This document shows, piece by piece, positions 11,350 to 24,889 of a stretch of 56,055 nt of DNA. This DNA is from Octopus bimaculoides (Eukaryota), in NCBI RefSeq assembly GCF_001194135.2, contig NC_068997.1, forward strand, positions 33,115,796 to 33,171,850, written 5' to 3'. Under the pieces are notes generated by a model that saw nothing but the letters and a program-made list of their open reading frames with translations, was not told where the DNA came from and did no database searches. The stretch's first letter is position 1. The number at the start of each line of letters is the position of its first letter. A program made the position numbers and the translations under genes.

Positions 11350-13225
11350 TCTCCCCCTTCCCCCTTCACTTACTGTTCCTACAATGCACCATCGTCCACC
11401 TCTTCCAACGCCTACAATCTAACTGTGCCACCTCTCGTTTCTTCCCTTTCCGACTGATTCATTACTTCAAGTGCCCTCGCAACCTATGCAGCCTCCTCGT
11501 CCACAGTTCTTTTCCAATGTCCGTCCCGCTCCTAAAATCCCCACTTGCTCTCGTCCCGATGCTTTCTTTTTCAACACCACCACCCTGATCGGACCCAACA
11601 TTCGCAACTTACATGTTAAATACTCTTTTCGATGCATTTAACTTCCTCATATATGCGCACTAATATTCCCTCACCAGATCGATCTACACCAAGCAAACTG
11701 GCCGCTGATGGTCGAACACGTTTTCAGAGTATTTCAGAGACGTACAACTTGGCAAACAGTCACCTGTTTTTTGACATTTCTGCTCCACTGAATACTTCCC
11801 CCAACATCTCTCAGTCATCAGCTTGACCTCCAACATAAGGCCTCCCATTACACGCCTTCCGAGGGAACAGAAGCTCATCTTTTCTCTCAAACATCTGCAC
11901 GCTCTCTGGCCTAAATCACCATCGTAATTTTTCTAACTTGCACTTCCTCCCTCCAATCCCTTAAATTACACTACTATTTCTTCTGCTCTGCCTCTTTTCC
12001 CTGTAGCCCTACCTGTACCTCACTCTCCCCTCCCCTATATCCCATAGCTCACCTTTCACCCTTACATTTGCAAACACTCTTCAACACATTAACACAGCTC
12101 CCGTATAGAAGTACACATATACGTACATCGCTGTTCACCTATCATCTTGCTTCTTTGAAATACACACATCGACATGTGGACACACACATACCCACACCTA
12201 TCAACTCTTCACATACGCACACATTCTCACGTGCACACCCACTAGCACACTCTTATATACGCCTTCCACTCTTCATTTATATACGCATATATACATACAT
12301 ATGCGGAACAGGTAAGGCCCAACGCACCACACACATACGCATACATTCATTCACACACTAGTATATACATTTCTTCTAGATTTCAGAACTCCTGTTTCGG
12401 TTGAAAGCTTCGAATCACACCTTTCTTCACCTCGTCTTCCACTTATTAGATCTGTTGAACCATTAATTGTTCAGCTGGACAACATGCAAGCGACACCGCT
12501 CTCATACACACGCTATTTGTGAGATTTCACTCACCATATTATCCTTTAATCACTTTCAAAACACTAAATTTGTCCCTGTTGATTGTTTTCTTTTTCTACA
12601 CCACATGCGTTACATGTGCTATTCATGTGTTCATCATTCTTATGTTCTCCATGGACTTTAATTACTTTTTTACCCTTCTCTGGACACGCTGCCAAACTAT
12701 TCACACCTTTTTACCCATGTTGTGTAATTGTTATCAATTTCTTTTACTTTTCTTCTCTTCACATGATTCATATACTTTTCTCTCATTTCAAAATTTTGGT
12801 TAAAAAAGCTTCCACACTCTTACGTACGCTTGTTATACACTTTCACATACATCAACAAAATCTTCCACTTTGCTCTCACCATTTCAGGTACTTCAATGCC
12901 TTTATTGTCTCACGCTCAAACACGTTCTCACCTTCTAACATACTCGCTTTCATACCAATCATCTAACGATTACACGCACACACCAATACCTCACACCACC
13001 ACAAATCAACGCTACTGTACTTTCATACTTACGCACCTCTCCACTATAATGTCTGCTTCGTGCGTTAAATGCACTCTTATATTTTGTCTACACACCCACT
13101 CTTGTGCCGCTTTCTTTCTTTGTTCAGCTGAATATCTAACATCCGAAACGTCACGACATATATTCACACATACACGCGCGCACATATCGTGGGTAGTGGC
13201 TTCACACGTTTGTAAAGTGTAACTA
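11350..13225 (+). mobile_element. Penelope-like element 3' part (GIY-YIG remnant plus long CT/CA-rich tail)
   Basis: 11430-11935 translates, across frameshifts, to FKCPRNL..LLVHSSF..PKIPTCSRP..NTTTLIGPN..QTGR..FSEYFRDVQLG..HFCST..REQKLIFSLK, a typical PLE endonuclease C-terminus. The extent of the tail is approximate. Confidence 0.7.
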
Positions 13226-13617
13226 AGTGAAAAAATACTCAATATAATAAGACAGAGTAGAATGATAATATATAGTCAAGACAAAGTTCTCTTTTTATCA
13301 TCCAAGTTGTATGTGTGCATGCATATATTACATATATTACAAAATTCGAATCTAATGCAAGGTAGAAAATAACTCGGAAGTCGTCCTCCTGGCGGTGCGC
13401 ATTTGTGTGTTTACGCCAAAGCTGCGAGAGGTCTCATATGATTTTATCGCGCTTTCGTCAAAGGTGGAAACAAACACCAACTTCCCATGTGATATGTTCG
13501 ATAACTGCTAAGTGATGTCTCTCTTAACATGAAACCAACGGCTGCCTGGCTAACAGAAAATTAAGAATATTTATCCACCAACGCGGTATTCAGCACTCAT
13601 CCTTACTGTCGGATATT

Positions 13618-13657
<40 letters not shown>

Positions 13658-14631
13658 NNNNNNNNNNNNNNNNNNNNNNNNNNNNNNNNNNNNNNNNNNN
13701 NNNNNNNNNNNNNNNNNNNNNNNNNNNNNNNNNNNNNNNNNNNNNNNNNNNNNNNNNNNNNNNNNNNNNNNNNNNNNNNNNNNNNNNNNNNNNNNNNNNN
13801 NNNNNNNNNNNNNNNNNNNNNNNNNNNNNNNNNNNNNNNNNNNNNNNNNNNNNNNNNNNNNNNNNNNNNNNNNNNNNNNNNNNNNNNNNNNNNNNNNNNN
13901 NNNNNNNNNNNNNNNNNNNNNNNNNNNNNNNNNNNNNNNNNNNNNNNNNNNNNNNNNNNNNNNNNNNNNNNNNNNNNNNNNNNNNNNNNNNNNNNNNNNN
14001 NNNNNNNNNNNNNNNNNNNNNNNNNNNNNNNNNNNNNNNNNNNNNNNNNNNNNNNNNNNNNNNNNNNNNNNNNNNNNNNNNNNNNNNNNNNNNNNNNNNN
14101 NNNNNNNNNNNNNNNNNNNNNNNNNNNNNNNNNNNNNNNNNNNNNNNNNNNNNNNNNNNNNNNNNNNNNNNNNNNNNNNNNNNNNNNNNNNNNNNNNNNN
14201 NNNNNNNNNNNNNNNNNNNNNNNNNNNNNNNNNNNNNNNNNNNNNNNNNNNNNNNNNNNNNNNNNNNNNNNNNNNNNNNNNNNNNNNNNNNNNNNNNNNN
14301 NNNNNNNNNNNNNNNNNNNNNNNNNNNNNNNNNNNNNNNNNNNNNNNNNNNNNNNNNNNNNNNNNNNNNNNNNNNNNNNNNNNNNNNNNNNNNNNNNNNN
14401 NNNNNNNNTATGCATAGCATATATACATACATGGGTGTGTTTAATGTGTATGCATGAGTACACCAATGTATATAATGTGGTATATGTATATGCATACTTA
14501 CGTATATATGGATGAAGGGATACATTATGTATGCACTTGTTAAGAGAAAGTGAATGAGTGACACGGATATAGATGTAAGAAAATTAAAGAAACATTGTGA
14601 TATACACATGTACATTGATATATATTTACAC

Positions 14632-14672
<41 letters not shown>

Positions 14673-14810
14673 ATACCTGTTTATATACATATATTCTCAC
14701 ACACACACATATATATGCATATATATATGTATACACACATATATATATATATCTGTACATACGTATGTACTTATATTTGTGATGCATCTGTGTACATATA
14801 TGTATGTATG

Positions 14811-14885
<75 letters not shown>

Positions 14886-15123
14886 CTATTTCTATATCTG
14901 CTTATCTCTCTATTCCTCTGTACTAACAGTGTTTGACTGTGAGTCATAGTGGCCACAATTGGCAGGGAAATTCATGGCACCATCGATACTAAAACAGAAA
15001 GAAAATATTATTCATGTCTGTGATGAGCAACATGATGATAAACTCGCCCATCACATTCGTTATGACAATAACATAATCATCGTCATCAAGAACTAAAACA
15101 AATACAACGACAATAAAACTAAT

Positions 15124-15275
15124 CCTTTCTACTAAAGTCACAAGGCCTGAAATTATGGGATGGGGGCTAGTCGTAACTGGTACTTATTTCATCGACCCCG
15201 AAAGGATGGAAGACAAAATTGACCTGGGTGACGTAAAGAGTCGCAAGAAATGTCACCAAACACCAAGATAAAATA
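15124..15275 (-). mobile_element. SINE family A, decayed and partial
   Basis: Reverse complement of the family A core (CTGGTACTTATTTCATCGACCCCGAAAGGATG). Confidence 0.7.
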
Positions 15276-15304
15276 CCTGCTAATTTAGCATGAACTAGCA
15301 TAGC

Positions 15305-15376
<72 letters not shown>
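15305..15376. repeat. (AAT)24 microsatellite
   Basis: Perfect trinucleotide run directly abutting the 5' end of an RLE retrotransposon fragment. Confidence 0.95.
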
Positions 15377-15378
<2 letters not shown>

Positions 15379-16220
15379 TTAGAAGGCTGCGTGGAGTTAG
15401 AGTAGATATAGACTCCTATGTAGGTAATAGTGAAGAAAGTTTATTAAAAGCTACTAGAGTCACAGCAAGACATAGGGAAACCAAAACAAAACCCAAACCC
15501 AAACGAAGTTACCCCCCCCCCCCAAAAAAAGAACAGAAATTATCTGACTGGCAGAAGAAGGTGTTGCTTCGTAGATTCCCAAAGATAGTTGCTGTAAATA
15601 GTAATAGTGGGACATTAAGGAAGCCTGAAAAAGGAGACAGAAAGTTTGTTAGTAACTTCCCAATATCAGACATTAAGGACGAATTGGATAAAAGCGAAGA
15701 TAGACAAAAGCCAAGTAGATTCCCAATGGGGATTATGCAAATCAAAAGAGGTAAGTATTACTCATATAGTAAGTGAATGCAGCAGGCTGGGACAGAAAGA
15801 ATATAAGAAAGGACATGACAATCTAAGGGGAGTAATCCACTGGGAGTTATGTGGAAAGCTAGGATTTGAACATATTGATACCAGAACCTAGATACCAGAA
15901 AAAATACTAGAACCTGGATATTGAATTACAGAGACGATGGAAAGTGCGGGTAAAATGTATCCCAGTAGTTATAGGTGCACTAGGAACTATTCCTAAAGAT
16001 CTGTACAGACGGATAGAAGGAATACGCTTAAAACCCAGTTTAGTACAGCTCCAGAAAACAGTATTACTAGGGACAGCTAGGATACTTAGGAAGGTTCTTG
16101 GCATTCAAGGTTATTGTTTGTAGCCCAGTAGGAGGGTTCTTGGTATCTAAGGTTACTTATTGTAGCCCGATGTGAGGATCTTTATCTTTTCTAACAGTCC
16201 AATGTATTGAGTGTATATGA
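15377..16220 (+). mobile_element. R4/Dong-like non-LTR retrotransposon (RLE), 5'-truncated copy A
   Basis: LRTNWIKAKIDK..LCKSKEVSITHIVSEC (CCHC knuckle), HWELC, IPVVIGALGTIPK..LQKTVLLGTARILRKVL, then 3' UTR and AAT/GAT tail. Internal deletions. Confidence 0.88.
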
Positions 16221-16256
16221 AAATAATAATAATTACAGCAAATAATAATAATAATA

Positions 16257-16294
<38 letters not shown>

Positions 16295-16347
16295 AATGAT
16301 GATGATGATGATGATGATTATAATGATAATGATAATAATAATAATAT

Positions 16348-17524
16348 TGTCCTACAAGTTAACAATAAGAATGACCAACGACACTGACAAACCTACTATT
16401 GCTTCTCCTGGTTTAGAAATTAACAATCAGAAAGACCAAAGATATCCAAATAGTGACAAACCTATCATTGATGCAAAAGACATCAAGCAAAAAGCAAAGA
16501 AGGATTGCATGAATAATATTGAAGACAACTGGAAAAGCAAACTCCTGCATAGAAAATACCCTAACCGCCTGTCCAAGCTAGATATTGATCAAAATCTAAC
16601 ACATCAATGGCGACAAAGGACAGGTCTGAAAGGGGAAACAGAAGATTTTCTTATTGCAATAAAAGATCAGAGCTTACCTACCAGAAACTACCATTTAAGC
16701 GTCCTTAAAGATGGATCTGACCCCTCGTGCAGAATTTTCGGAAAGTTGTTTCTGGCTGCCCAGTCCTCGCTGAAAAGGAATACCTCATAAGACATGACAG
16801 ACTAGGGCAGTACATCCATTGGAATGCTTTTAAATACTACAAAATTAAATCTCATCATAAGTGGTACAGGCACCATNNNNNNNNNNNNNNNNNNNNNNNN
16901 NNNNNNNNNNNNNNNNNNNNNNNNNNNNNNNNNNNNNNNNNNNNNNNNNNNNNNNNNNNNNNNNNNNNNNNNNNNNNNNNNNNNNNNNNNNNNNNNNNNN
17001 NNNNNNNNNNNNNNNNNNNNNNNNNNNNNNNNNNNNNNNNNNNNNNNNNNNNNNNNNNNNNNNNNNNNNNNNNNNNNNNNNNNNNNNNNNNNNNNNNNNC
17101 AAGATCTACACCAGAGGAACTTGTCTGTTAATAGATATGTCTGTCCCACAAGATCAAAATGTCTCAAGAAAAGAACACGAAAAGCTTTCTCACTACAAAG
17201 ATCTGCAAATTGAAATCACAAAAATGTTGAAGCTTAGTACTACGATAATACCAGTAATTAATGGTGCGTTGGGAATGATAAAGAAGGGAGCTGAGAAGTA
17301 TATTAAGCAACTCCCTGGTAACTCCAATCTCCGTTAACTACTAAAGATAACCTTGATGGGTACATCCATATACTACGGAAAGCACTGTCCATCTAAAATG
17401 GAATAAATGTGGTGATAATTTTAGCATGCCTAGCAAAACAAAAGTGCCCTTGCTACTCTTGGCCTCCGGAGGATGTCCGGTACTAAGGCAGCTGAAATAA
17501 ACTTATAATGAAAAGAAACCATAA
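16348..17524 (+). mobile_element. R4/Dong-like RLE retrotransposon, 5'-truncated copy B (different subfamily)
   Basis: GLKGETEDFLIAIKDQSLPTRNY, SGCPVLAEKEYLIRHD..IHW, LLIDMSVPQD..EKLSHYKDL..IIPVINGALGMI. Contains a gap; ends in a GAT/AAT tail. Confidence 0.88.
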
Positions 17525-17557
17525 ATGATGATGATGATAATAACAACAATAATAATA

Positions 17558-18357
17558 TAGTAAAGGCTGTAAATACTTGGGCAGTATCATTACTTAGATA
17601 CTCAGCATCTTTTGTAGATTAGACAAAAACTGAATTAGAAATCTAGTCAGAAGACTAGGAAAGAATTCAATATGAATGAAGGATTCCATCCAAGACCAGG
17701 GGTAGCAAGATTATACTTACCTAGAAAGAAAGATGGAAGAGGGTTAATATCAGTAGAAGACTGAGTGGAGTTAGCTAGAGTAGATATAGACTCCTATGTA
17801 GGTAATAGTAAAGAAAGTTTATCAAAAGCCGCTAGAGCCAAAGCAAGACATATGGAAACCAAAAACCCTAACCCTGACCCTAAAAATCGGAAAAAAGGTT
17901 ATCTGACAGGAAGGAGAAGGTGTTGCTTCGTAGATTTCCAAAGACAGTTGTAGCAAATAGTATTAGTGAGAAGTGGTTATGGCTGCAGAAAGGAAGGTTG
18001 AAAAAGGAGACAGAAAGTTTGTTAGTAGCAGCACATGATCAAGCATTAAGGACTAATTGGATAAACACGAAGGTAGACAAAAGCCAAGTAGATTTCCAAT
18101 GTAGGTTATGCAAATCAAAATAGGAAAATGTTACTCATATAGTAAGTGAATGTAGTAGGCTGGCACAGAAAGAATGTAAGAAATGACATGACAGCCTAAG
18201 GAGACTAATCCACTGGGAGTTATGTAGAAAGCTACGATTTGAACATACTGATAACTGGCATAAATATGAACGTAATAAAGTACTAGAAATTAAAATATAT
18301 AAAATGTGGGAGTTTAAAATTCAGATTAACAGAGTTATAGAAGCTAGAGGGCCTGAT

Positions 18358-18412
<55 letters not shown>

Positions 18413-18675
18413 ATAAAGAGAATATAAAGTGCCAGATAATTGATTTTACGGTCCCAAATGATGAAAAAATCAATATGAGAGGTGGTACAGAAAAAATAGC
18501 AAAGTACCAGGATCTAGCCATTGAATTACACAGACGATGGAAAGTGCGGGTAAAATGTATCCCAGTAGTTATAGGTGCATTAGGAACTATCCCTAAAGAT
18601 CTGAACAGATGGATAGAGAAAATAGGCATAACACCCAGTTTAGTACAGCTCCAGAAAACAGTGAAGAAGCTGTAG
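17558..18675 (+). mobile_element. R4/Dong-like RLE retrotransposon, copy C (same subfamily as A)
   Basis: AVNTWAVSLLRYS, RLYLPRKKDGRGLISVED, LKKETESLLVAAHDQALRTN, CRLCKSK..THIVSEC, GPD(V)nDK..IIDFTVPND..KYQDLAIELH. The 3' end is missing. Confidence 0.9.
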
Positions 18676-19782
18676 AGAATATTTTATGTTGAGATTTTAG
18701 ATTTACTCAAATTTTGTTGATTTCTTATTATATGCCTTTTTCCATGATCGTCTTTCATTTAACCTAGATATTTTAAATTTTTGTCATTTCTGATCTTTCT
18801 GATGTCCTTGTTTAACAGATTTAGTTTTTGTAAGGTAATGATAAAAATATTAAAAATATTTTTTTCTCGAAGTCAAAAATGCAGTAAATATTACTCATTG
18901 AGTCCCCTCCCACCTAAAAAGAATCAACTCGACTATATATTGTTTCATATTACTTGTACGCTCACCATTTGCCAACATTGTGCCTTGTGTGTGACGTCGA
19001 GCCAAAGGCCAACGTCACAGTTAATGTCACTGGTTGTGATACTTGTTTTATATCGTTCCATAAATATTATAGCGCCGGCTTATAGAAAGATGTGTGATGC
19101 ACCATCCCCTGTGTTGTCTCGCCTCATTTTCAATCACAAACACAAAACACACGCTTCCAAGTGTTGCTCTACAATGATCGATCGGATAGACATAGTTCCA
19201 TCAGTTGGTAGAGGACATCTCTTCTAGCTGTTCTTTTGTCTCATATGAAAGCTCTCTTTTTTTTTTTTTTTTTTGCAAGACAGAGGCATAACACACTTCA
19301 ATGTCTTTTTCTGCAACCACCACTTTCTTGCTGATCAGACAAGCTGAGCTAGTAAAATGTTTGCCACTGTTATTTGTGTAAAGTGGGCCTACTTTTGAAA
19401 ATGCATCTTTTTATCATTTTCGTTTTCTAGCTATCAATAATTTAATCGGTAATAGTTTTGTGAAGCGTAGATGCTGCTACCAACCTTATGGTTGTACGAC
19501 TCCATCCCAGTCAAGGCCATGTCTACAAATATTTTCTTGAAATTTGTCTGACGGCTAAATTGAAATTTTTGTCTCTAAATGTAAAGTCTTTTTTTATCTC
19601 TGAAACGGCAGGGAGGCAACAGAAAAATATTCTTTTCTCTGTGTAACGAGTATACACGAACGATTCAAAAACAAGCATCCAATTTGAAACGATCTGCGAT
19701 AATTTTCCTAAAATATTAAGACGGTAAACAACATATCCATCGCGAGAAACTTCCAAAATAATATGAACAATATAGGCGCAGA

Positions 19783-19925
19783 CATATTTGTCTGGCTAAG
19801 AAGCACACACGGAAACCACATGCTTTCGTGTTCAATCACACTGCGCGGCACCTTGAAGAAGTGTCTTTTATTATCGCCCCGCGCAGACCAAGGCCTTGTG
19901 AATGTATTTGGTAGATGGAAATATG
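19783..19925 (+). mobile_element. SINE family B, decayed
   Basis: GGCGCAG...AACCACATGC..GTTCAATCACACTGCGCGGCACCTTG...GGCCTTGTGAATGTATTTGGTAGATGGAAA matches the other family B copies. Confidence 0.65.
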
Positions 19926-20029
19926 TGGAAATCTGTCGATATATATATTTATGCATCTATGTATGTATGTTTGTACGAACATGTAAAATGTGTGTAACTT
20001 TGTGTTTATCAACCCGTATACCGCTTAGC

Positions 20030-20200
20030 TGGTTTGTTTGTATCTCTGTAATTTAACGGTTTGGCCAAAGTTACTGATAGAATAAGTGACAGACTAAAAC
20101 AAAATAAGTACTTGCGGGAATTTGATTGACTAAACCCTTCAAAGTGGTGCCCCAGCATGGCCGCAGGCCAATGACTGAAACAAGTAAGGATAAAAGATAA
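20030..20200 (+). mobile_element. SINE family A2 (tail GGTGCCCCAGCATGGCCGCAG..AATGACTGAAACAAGTAA)
   Basis: The same tail recurs at about 36975-37030 (minus), 42485-42580 (plus) and 53760-53830 (minus). Confidence 0.7.
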
Positions 20201-20409
20201 TATTGATTTCAAATTTTGGCACAAGGCCAGCAAGTTCGAGTAAGGGATAGTCGATAATATCGACGCCAGTACTCAACTAGTACTTATTCCATCGACCCCT
20301 GAAAGAATTAAAGTCAAAATCGACCTCGGCGGAATTTGAATTCAGTAAGTAAAGAAGGGTGCAATGCCGCTAGCCATATTGCCCGACGTTTCTGCCAGCT
20401 CACCGCCTT
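20201..20409 (-). mobile_element. SINE family A
   Basis: Reverse complement of the family A body from head (CTGCCAGCTCACCGCCTT) to tail. Confidence 0.8.
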
Positions 20410-20573
20410 CGGGTAAAAGAATATATTAATATCGAGAAGGGAACAACAAGTAAAACAACAGCAATAGCAGTAAAAATAATCGGATGCAATCAGACATGTG
20501 TATGCATCTGTATGTGTATTTGTTTACGCAAGAGTGTGAATATATGTGTATAAATATGTTTGTGTGTGTGTGC

Positions 20574-20633
<60 letters not shown>

Positions 20634-20667
20634 GTCTAGGGAGAGTCATTCTGTTTAATGCCTCCTT

Positions 20668-20706
<39 letters not shown>

Positions 20707-21400
20707 CATACAAGAGTGAGCTACAACTTAAGCGCAATGTACATTCAATTTTTTCCATTGATGGGAAAATTAATTGCACCCGCATCACTAGGTATGTTCC
20801 TTCTTGTTTTTTTTTCAACGCTGCAGATTTGAAATTGAAATGCCAATGAAGTTGCTGTTATGATGTTAGCCAAGTCTACTGTCGATGGTTTCAGGGACAA
20901 AATCACGAGTAATTTTGAATATTTCTTTATAAATAGTCACTCATTTGTTCGTCAGAAGAGTGTTATGGACTTTTTCATTATTGTTGTTAGCACAGGACAT
21001 GTCCGGGCCTTCAGATCCTTCTTGAAGCATGCAAACTATGCGGCCATTCACTGAAATTTTCAGTGCATTCGTTGACAGACTGTTACGCAAAATAATCCTT
21101 TCGTAATAATCAGAAAGCCATCGCTGGTTTGGTGGGTCTTGAAGTACTTTCATCCCACACAAAAAAAGATCAATGGTGATACTCTGTTCGGAGCAAGGAG
21201 AATGCGATGCGACTAAAGTTAACGTAACAACAACAACGACAACAATTTAACTGATGCTTAAGTTCAAACCTGCACTAAGTGACTTGGGGAAGATGCCATT
21301 TCTGATGCGCGAGCAACAATTTTCCTGCAATAGGAAACTAGATTTCGTCTGCATATTGTGGATATGTAATGATTCACCCCCGTGCACATGTGTACACATA

Positions 21401-21438
<38 letters not shown>

Positions 21439-22044
21439 CCACACATGCACACACATATACATATACATGTTTCCGTGTGGTGTGCACACACACTTGTATC
21501 AGTAAACGTGCGTGGTGTGTGTGTGTGTGTATACTGCATATATGTAGGCATCTGTGTATGCGTATGCGCATTAGTATGATAATATTCCAACAGAGCTATC
21601 CAATATTCAGTGCAGATTGAAGATGGGAAACTGGTATGTATTAATATAAACTATTATCATATGTCATATCAGATCCCATGAACCGTAAAATGTATCTTTC
21701 CTATTCTTATTAATTTTTGTTTCCAATTATCTCAGTGACGTAGTACAATATAGAATGATGGAGATAAAAAGAGCAGAAGAGAAAGTGAAACTAAGAGACA
21801 CAACACAGAGATAAATACTTATTGTACGATAAAACAGAAATTTTTCTATGAAAATCATATCTAAATGACAATCTCTCGTAGTCTCATGCTCTCCCATATA
21901 TACACACACATACATGGACAACGCACACACACACAGACACATGCCCACGCGCACACAGAGACACATGCCCACGCACACATACACACACAGACATTTGTAC
22001 GTATAATATATTATAAATGTATTTGGGTAATTTTGCTTATTATA

Positions 22045-22104
<60 letters not shown>

Positions 22105-22619
22105 TATATATATGTATGTGAATATATATACATATACATATGTGTGTGTGTGTGTATGTGTGTGTGTGTATTTATGTACGTATGTATATATACAAAGTAT
22201 CATAGATCTATTACACCCGGTTTTAGCAATCGTTTTTCCTACTGAATATCTGAATATTAGATAGCTGGTCAGTTATCTAATACTTTTCCTCTCCAGAGAT
22301 GTCAGGCATGGAAAAAAATTGGTGACATATGTGTGTGTGTGTGTGTGTGTACGTGTGTGTTTGTGTGTATTTGTGTGTGTGCGTGTTTGTGTTTGTCTGA
22401 CTGTCTGTCTGTGAGTGTGGACGGAGATATGACCGTGTTTCTAAAATGATTGAAAACGCTGTTCTATGTTCAATCACACTGCGTAGCTCTTCGGATAAAT
22501 GTCTCTTAAAGAATGTATTTTACATTAAATAAAAAATAACAACCCAAACCGCATCCTTTATGTATATGCTCATATACTTATATAGATAAATGCTTGAATA
22601 CATATATATGTGTGAATAT

Positions 22620-22670
<51 letters not shown>

Positions 22671-23428
22671 ACACACATACATATATGTATGATGTTGAAT
22701 AAAATTTGCGTAATAACCTTTCAGAAGGCTATACAAAGCACCTCCACAATTATTGGCTAGCTGATGTCATCATACAGTAGGAATACTCTTGTTACTGTAC
22801 ATACATCAAGAATACCAATGTGTACGTAGAGCGTAAATTTTATATTTAAAATTTAAATTTTAAATAAATATGTAATATAATCAACAGTCTCCATTTTTGT
22901 TTGCTTTATTCTAAAACTTGCAGTCTAATCGTACTAAAGAAACAAAATCCCCAACCAGGTATTTGACTTCAGTTATTTGGGATAAATAGTTGTATAATGG
23001 AACTAAGGAAATACACCCGGCAGCTTATATACACTTAGGTTTTCAATGCTGTTAGGAGTAAGGCATTCACAATGATTTCTGCAGAACGCTTCTTTTTTTT
23101 TTTCTCCTTTCTTTTGAGCTCCACTTTGTCGTACCTCTTAATATGTGGCATACATAAAACTCATATTTACGAATATCCGTGCAAACATCCATACATCTAG
23201 ACGCTTATACATAGATATATATTTACTGGACCGTTTTGGCGCTAAATTCGGAATCATGGTATCAGATTAACCAGCATTACTTTTGCTGACCTAGCATGGA
23301 CATTTTCCCTACCATGCCTGTATTAATTTTGTGACTATTCCGTGGCTCAGAAGTATTTTTAACTTCTATTTTTAGCGATGCAGGTACTCATGTAGTACCA
23401 TTGTGTATATATATAAGTACATGTCATA

Positions 23429-23478
<50 letters not shown>

Positions 23479-24137
23479 NNNNNNNNNNNNNNNNNNNNNN
23501 NNNNNNNNNNNNNNNNNNNNNNNNNNNNNNNNNNNNNNNNNNNNNNNNNNNNNNNNNNNNNNNNNNNNNNNNNNNNNNNNNNNNNNNNNNNNNNNNNNNN
23601 NNNNNNNNNNNNNNNNNNNNNNNNNNNNNNNNNNNNNNNNNNNNNNNNNNNNNNNNNNNNNNNNNNNNNNNNNNNNNNNNNNNNNNNNNNNNNNNNNNNN
23701 NNNNNNNNNNNNNNNNNNNNNNNNNNNNNNNNNNNNNNNNNNNNNNNNNNNNNNNNNNNNNNNNNNNNNNNNNNNNNNNNNNNNNNNNNNNNNNNNNNNN
23801 NNNNNNNNNNNNNNNNNNNNNNNNNNNNNNNNNNNNNNNNNNNNNNNNNNNNNNNNNNNNNNNNNNNNNNNNNNNNNNNNNNNNNNNNNNNNNNNNNNNN
23901 NNNNNNNNNNNNNNNNNNNNNNNNNNNNNNNNNNNNNNNNNNNNNNNNNNNNNNNNNNNNNNNNNNNNNNNNNNNNNNNNNNNNNNNNNNNNNNNNNNNN
24001 NNNNNNNNNNNNNNNNNNNNNNNNNNNNNNNNNNNNNNNNNNNNNNNNNNNNNNNNNNNNNNNNNNNNNNNNNNNNNNNNNNNNNNNNNNNNNNNNNNNN
24101 NNNNNNNNNNNNNNNNNNNTATATATATATATATATA

Positions 24138-24172
<35 letters not shown>

Positions 24173-24297
24173 TGTATGTATGTATGTATGTATGTGTGTG
24201 TCTGTATGTATGTATGTATGTATGTATGTATGTGTAACCGCACACGTATTTTCTTGGACTATTTTTTCCTTTTCTGGATATTTCAGCTTTCCACTTT

Positions 24298-24327
24298 CTG
24301 ACGAAGAACCATGCTCGGAACGTCACA
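24298..24327 (+). ncRNA. Decayed minimal hammerhead ribozyme motif
   Basis: CTGACGA-A-GAAC-CAT-GCTC-GGAA-CGTC versus consensus CUGANGA..stem II..GAAA-C-GUC. One core substitution and one stem II mismatch. Confidence 0.4.
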
Positions 24328-24433
24328 CACACCAACTTTTTTCCATCTTAAACTGAGCATCAGCCTAATACATTCACTATGTTCGTCCTTTTAACTTTTG
24401 TTGCTTTCGTCTTTATTATTTTCGATTTGCCTG

Positions 24434-24520
<87 letters not shown>

Positions 24521-24889
24521 GTATGATTGTGTGTATGTGTATGTATGTATGTATGTATGTATGTATGTATGTATGCATGTATGTATGTACACACAACTAC
24601 ATAGGCAAATGATTTTGCTTAATTGCATAGCAAATAATTGCATAATCCAGTTCAACGTAGAATGGCGTCGTCAACTGATCAAAAGCTGTCGAGTTTGACT
24701 TTACTGATGGAAATCTAATATTACAGAAAGGTGTCTGTCACCTTGACAACGATTAGTTCTCACCTCGAGAAGCTTTCAAAATTTCTCTTTGACAAAGTTT
24801 AGATTTTCCACTTCGCATGTCAATTGTGTAAAAAAATTTTATAAAATTCTTTTATCTTTTGTCTTTTATTGGTCTCAGCCAAAGGTTGA

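Noticed and set aside
13590-14615. Long ORFs in the track (here and at about 1343-1728, 23359-24356, 32745-33644, 38504-39517, 40663-41614)
   Set aside because: They are N-gap read-through plus YIYI/HTHT/CVCV microsatellite translations, not genes.
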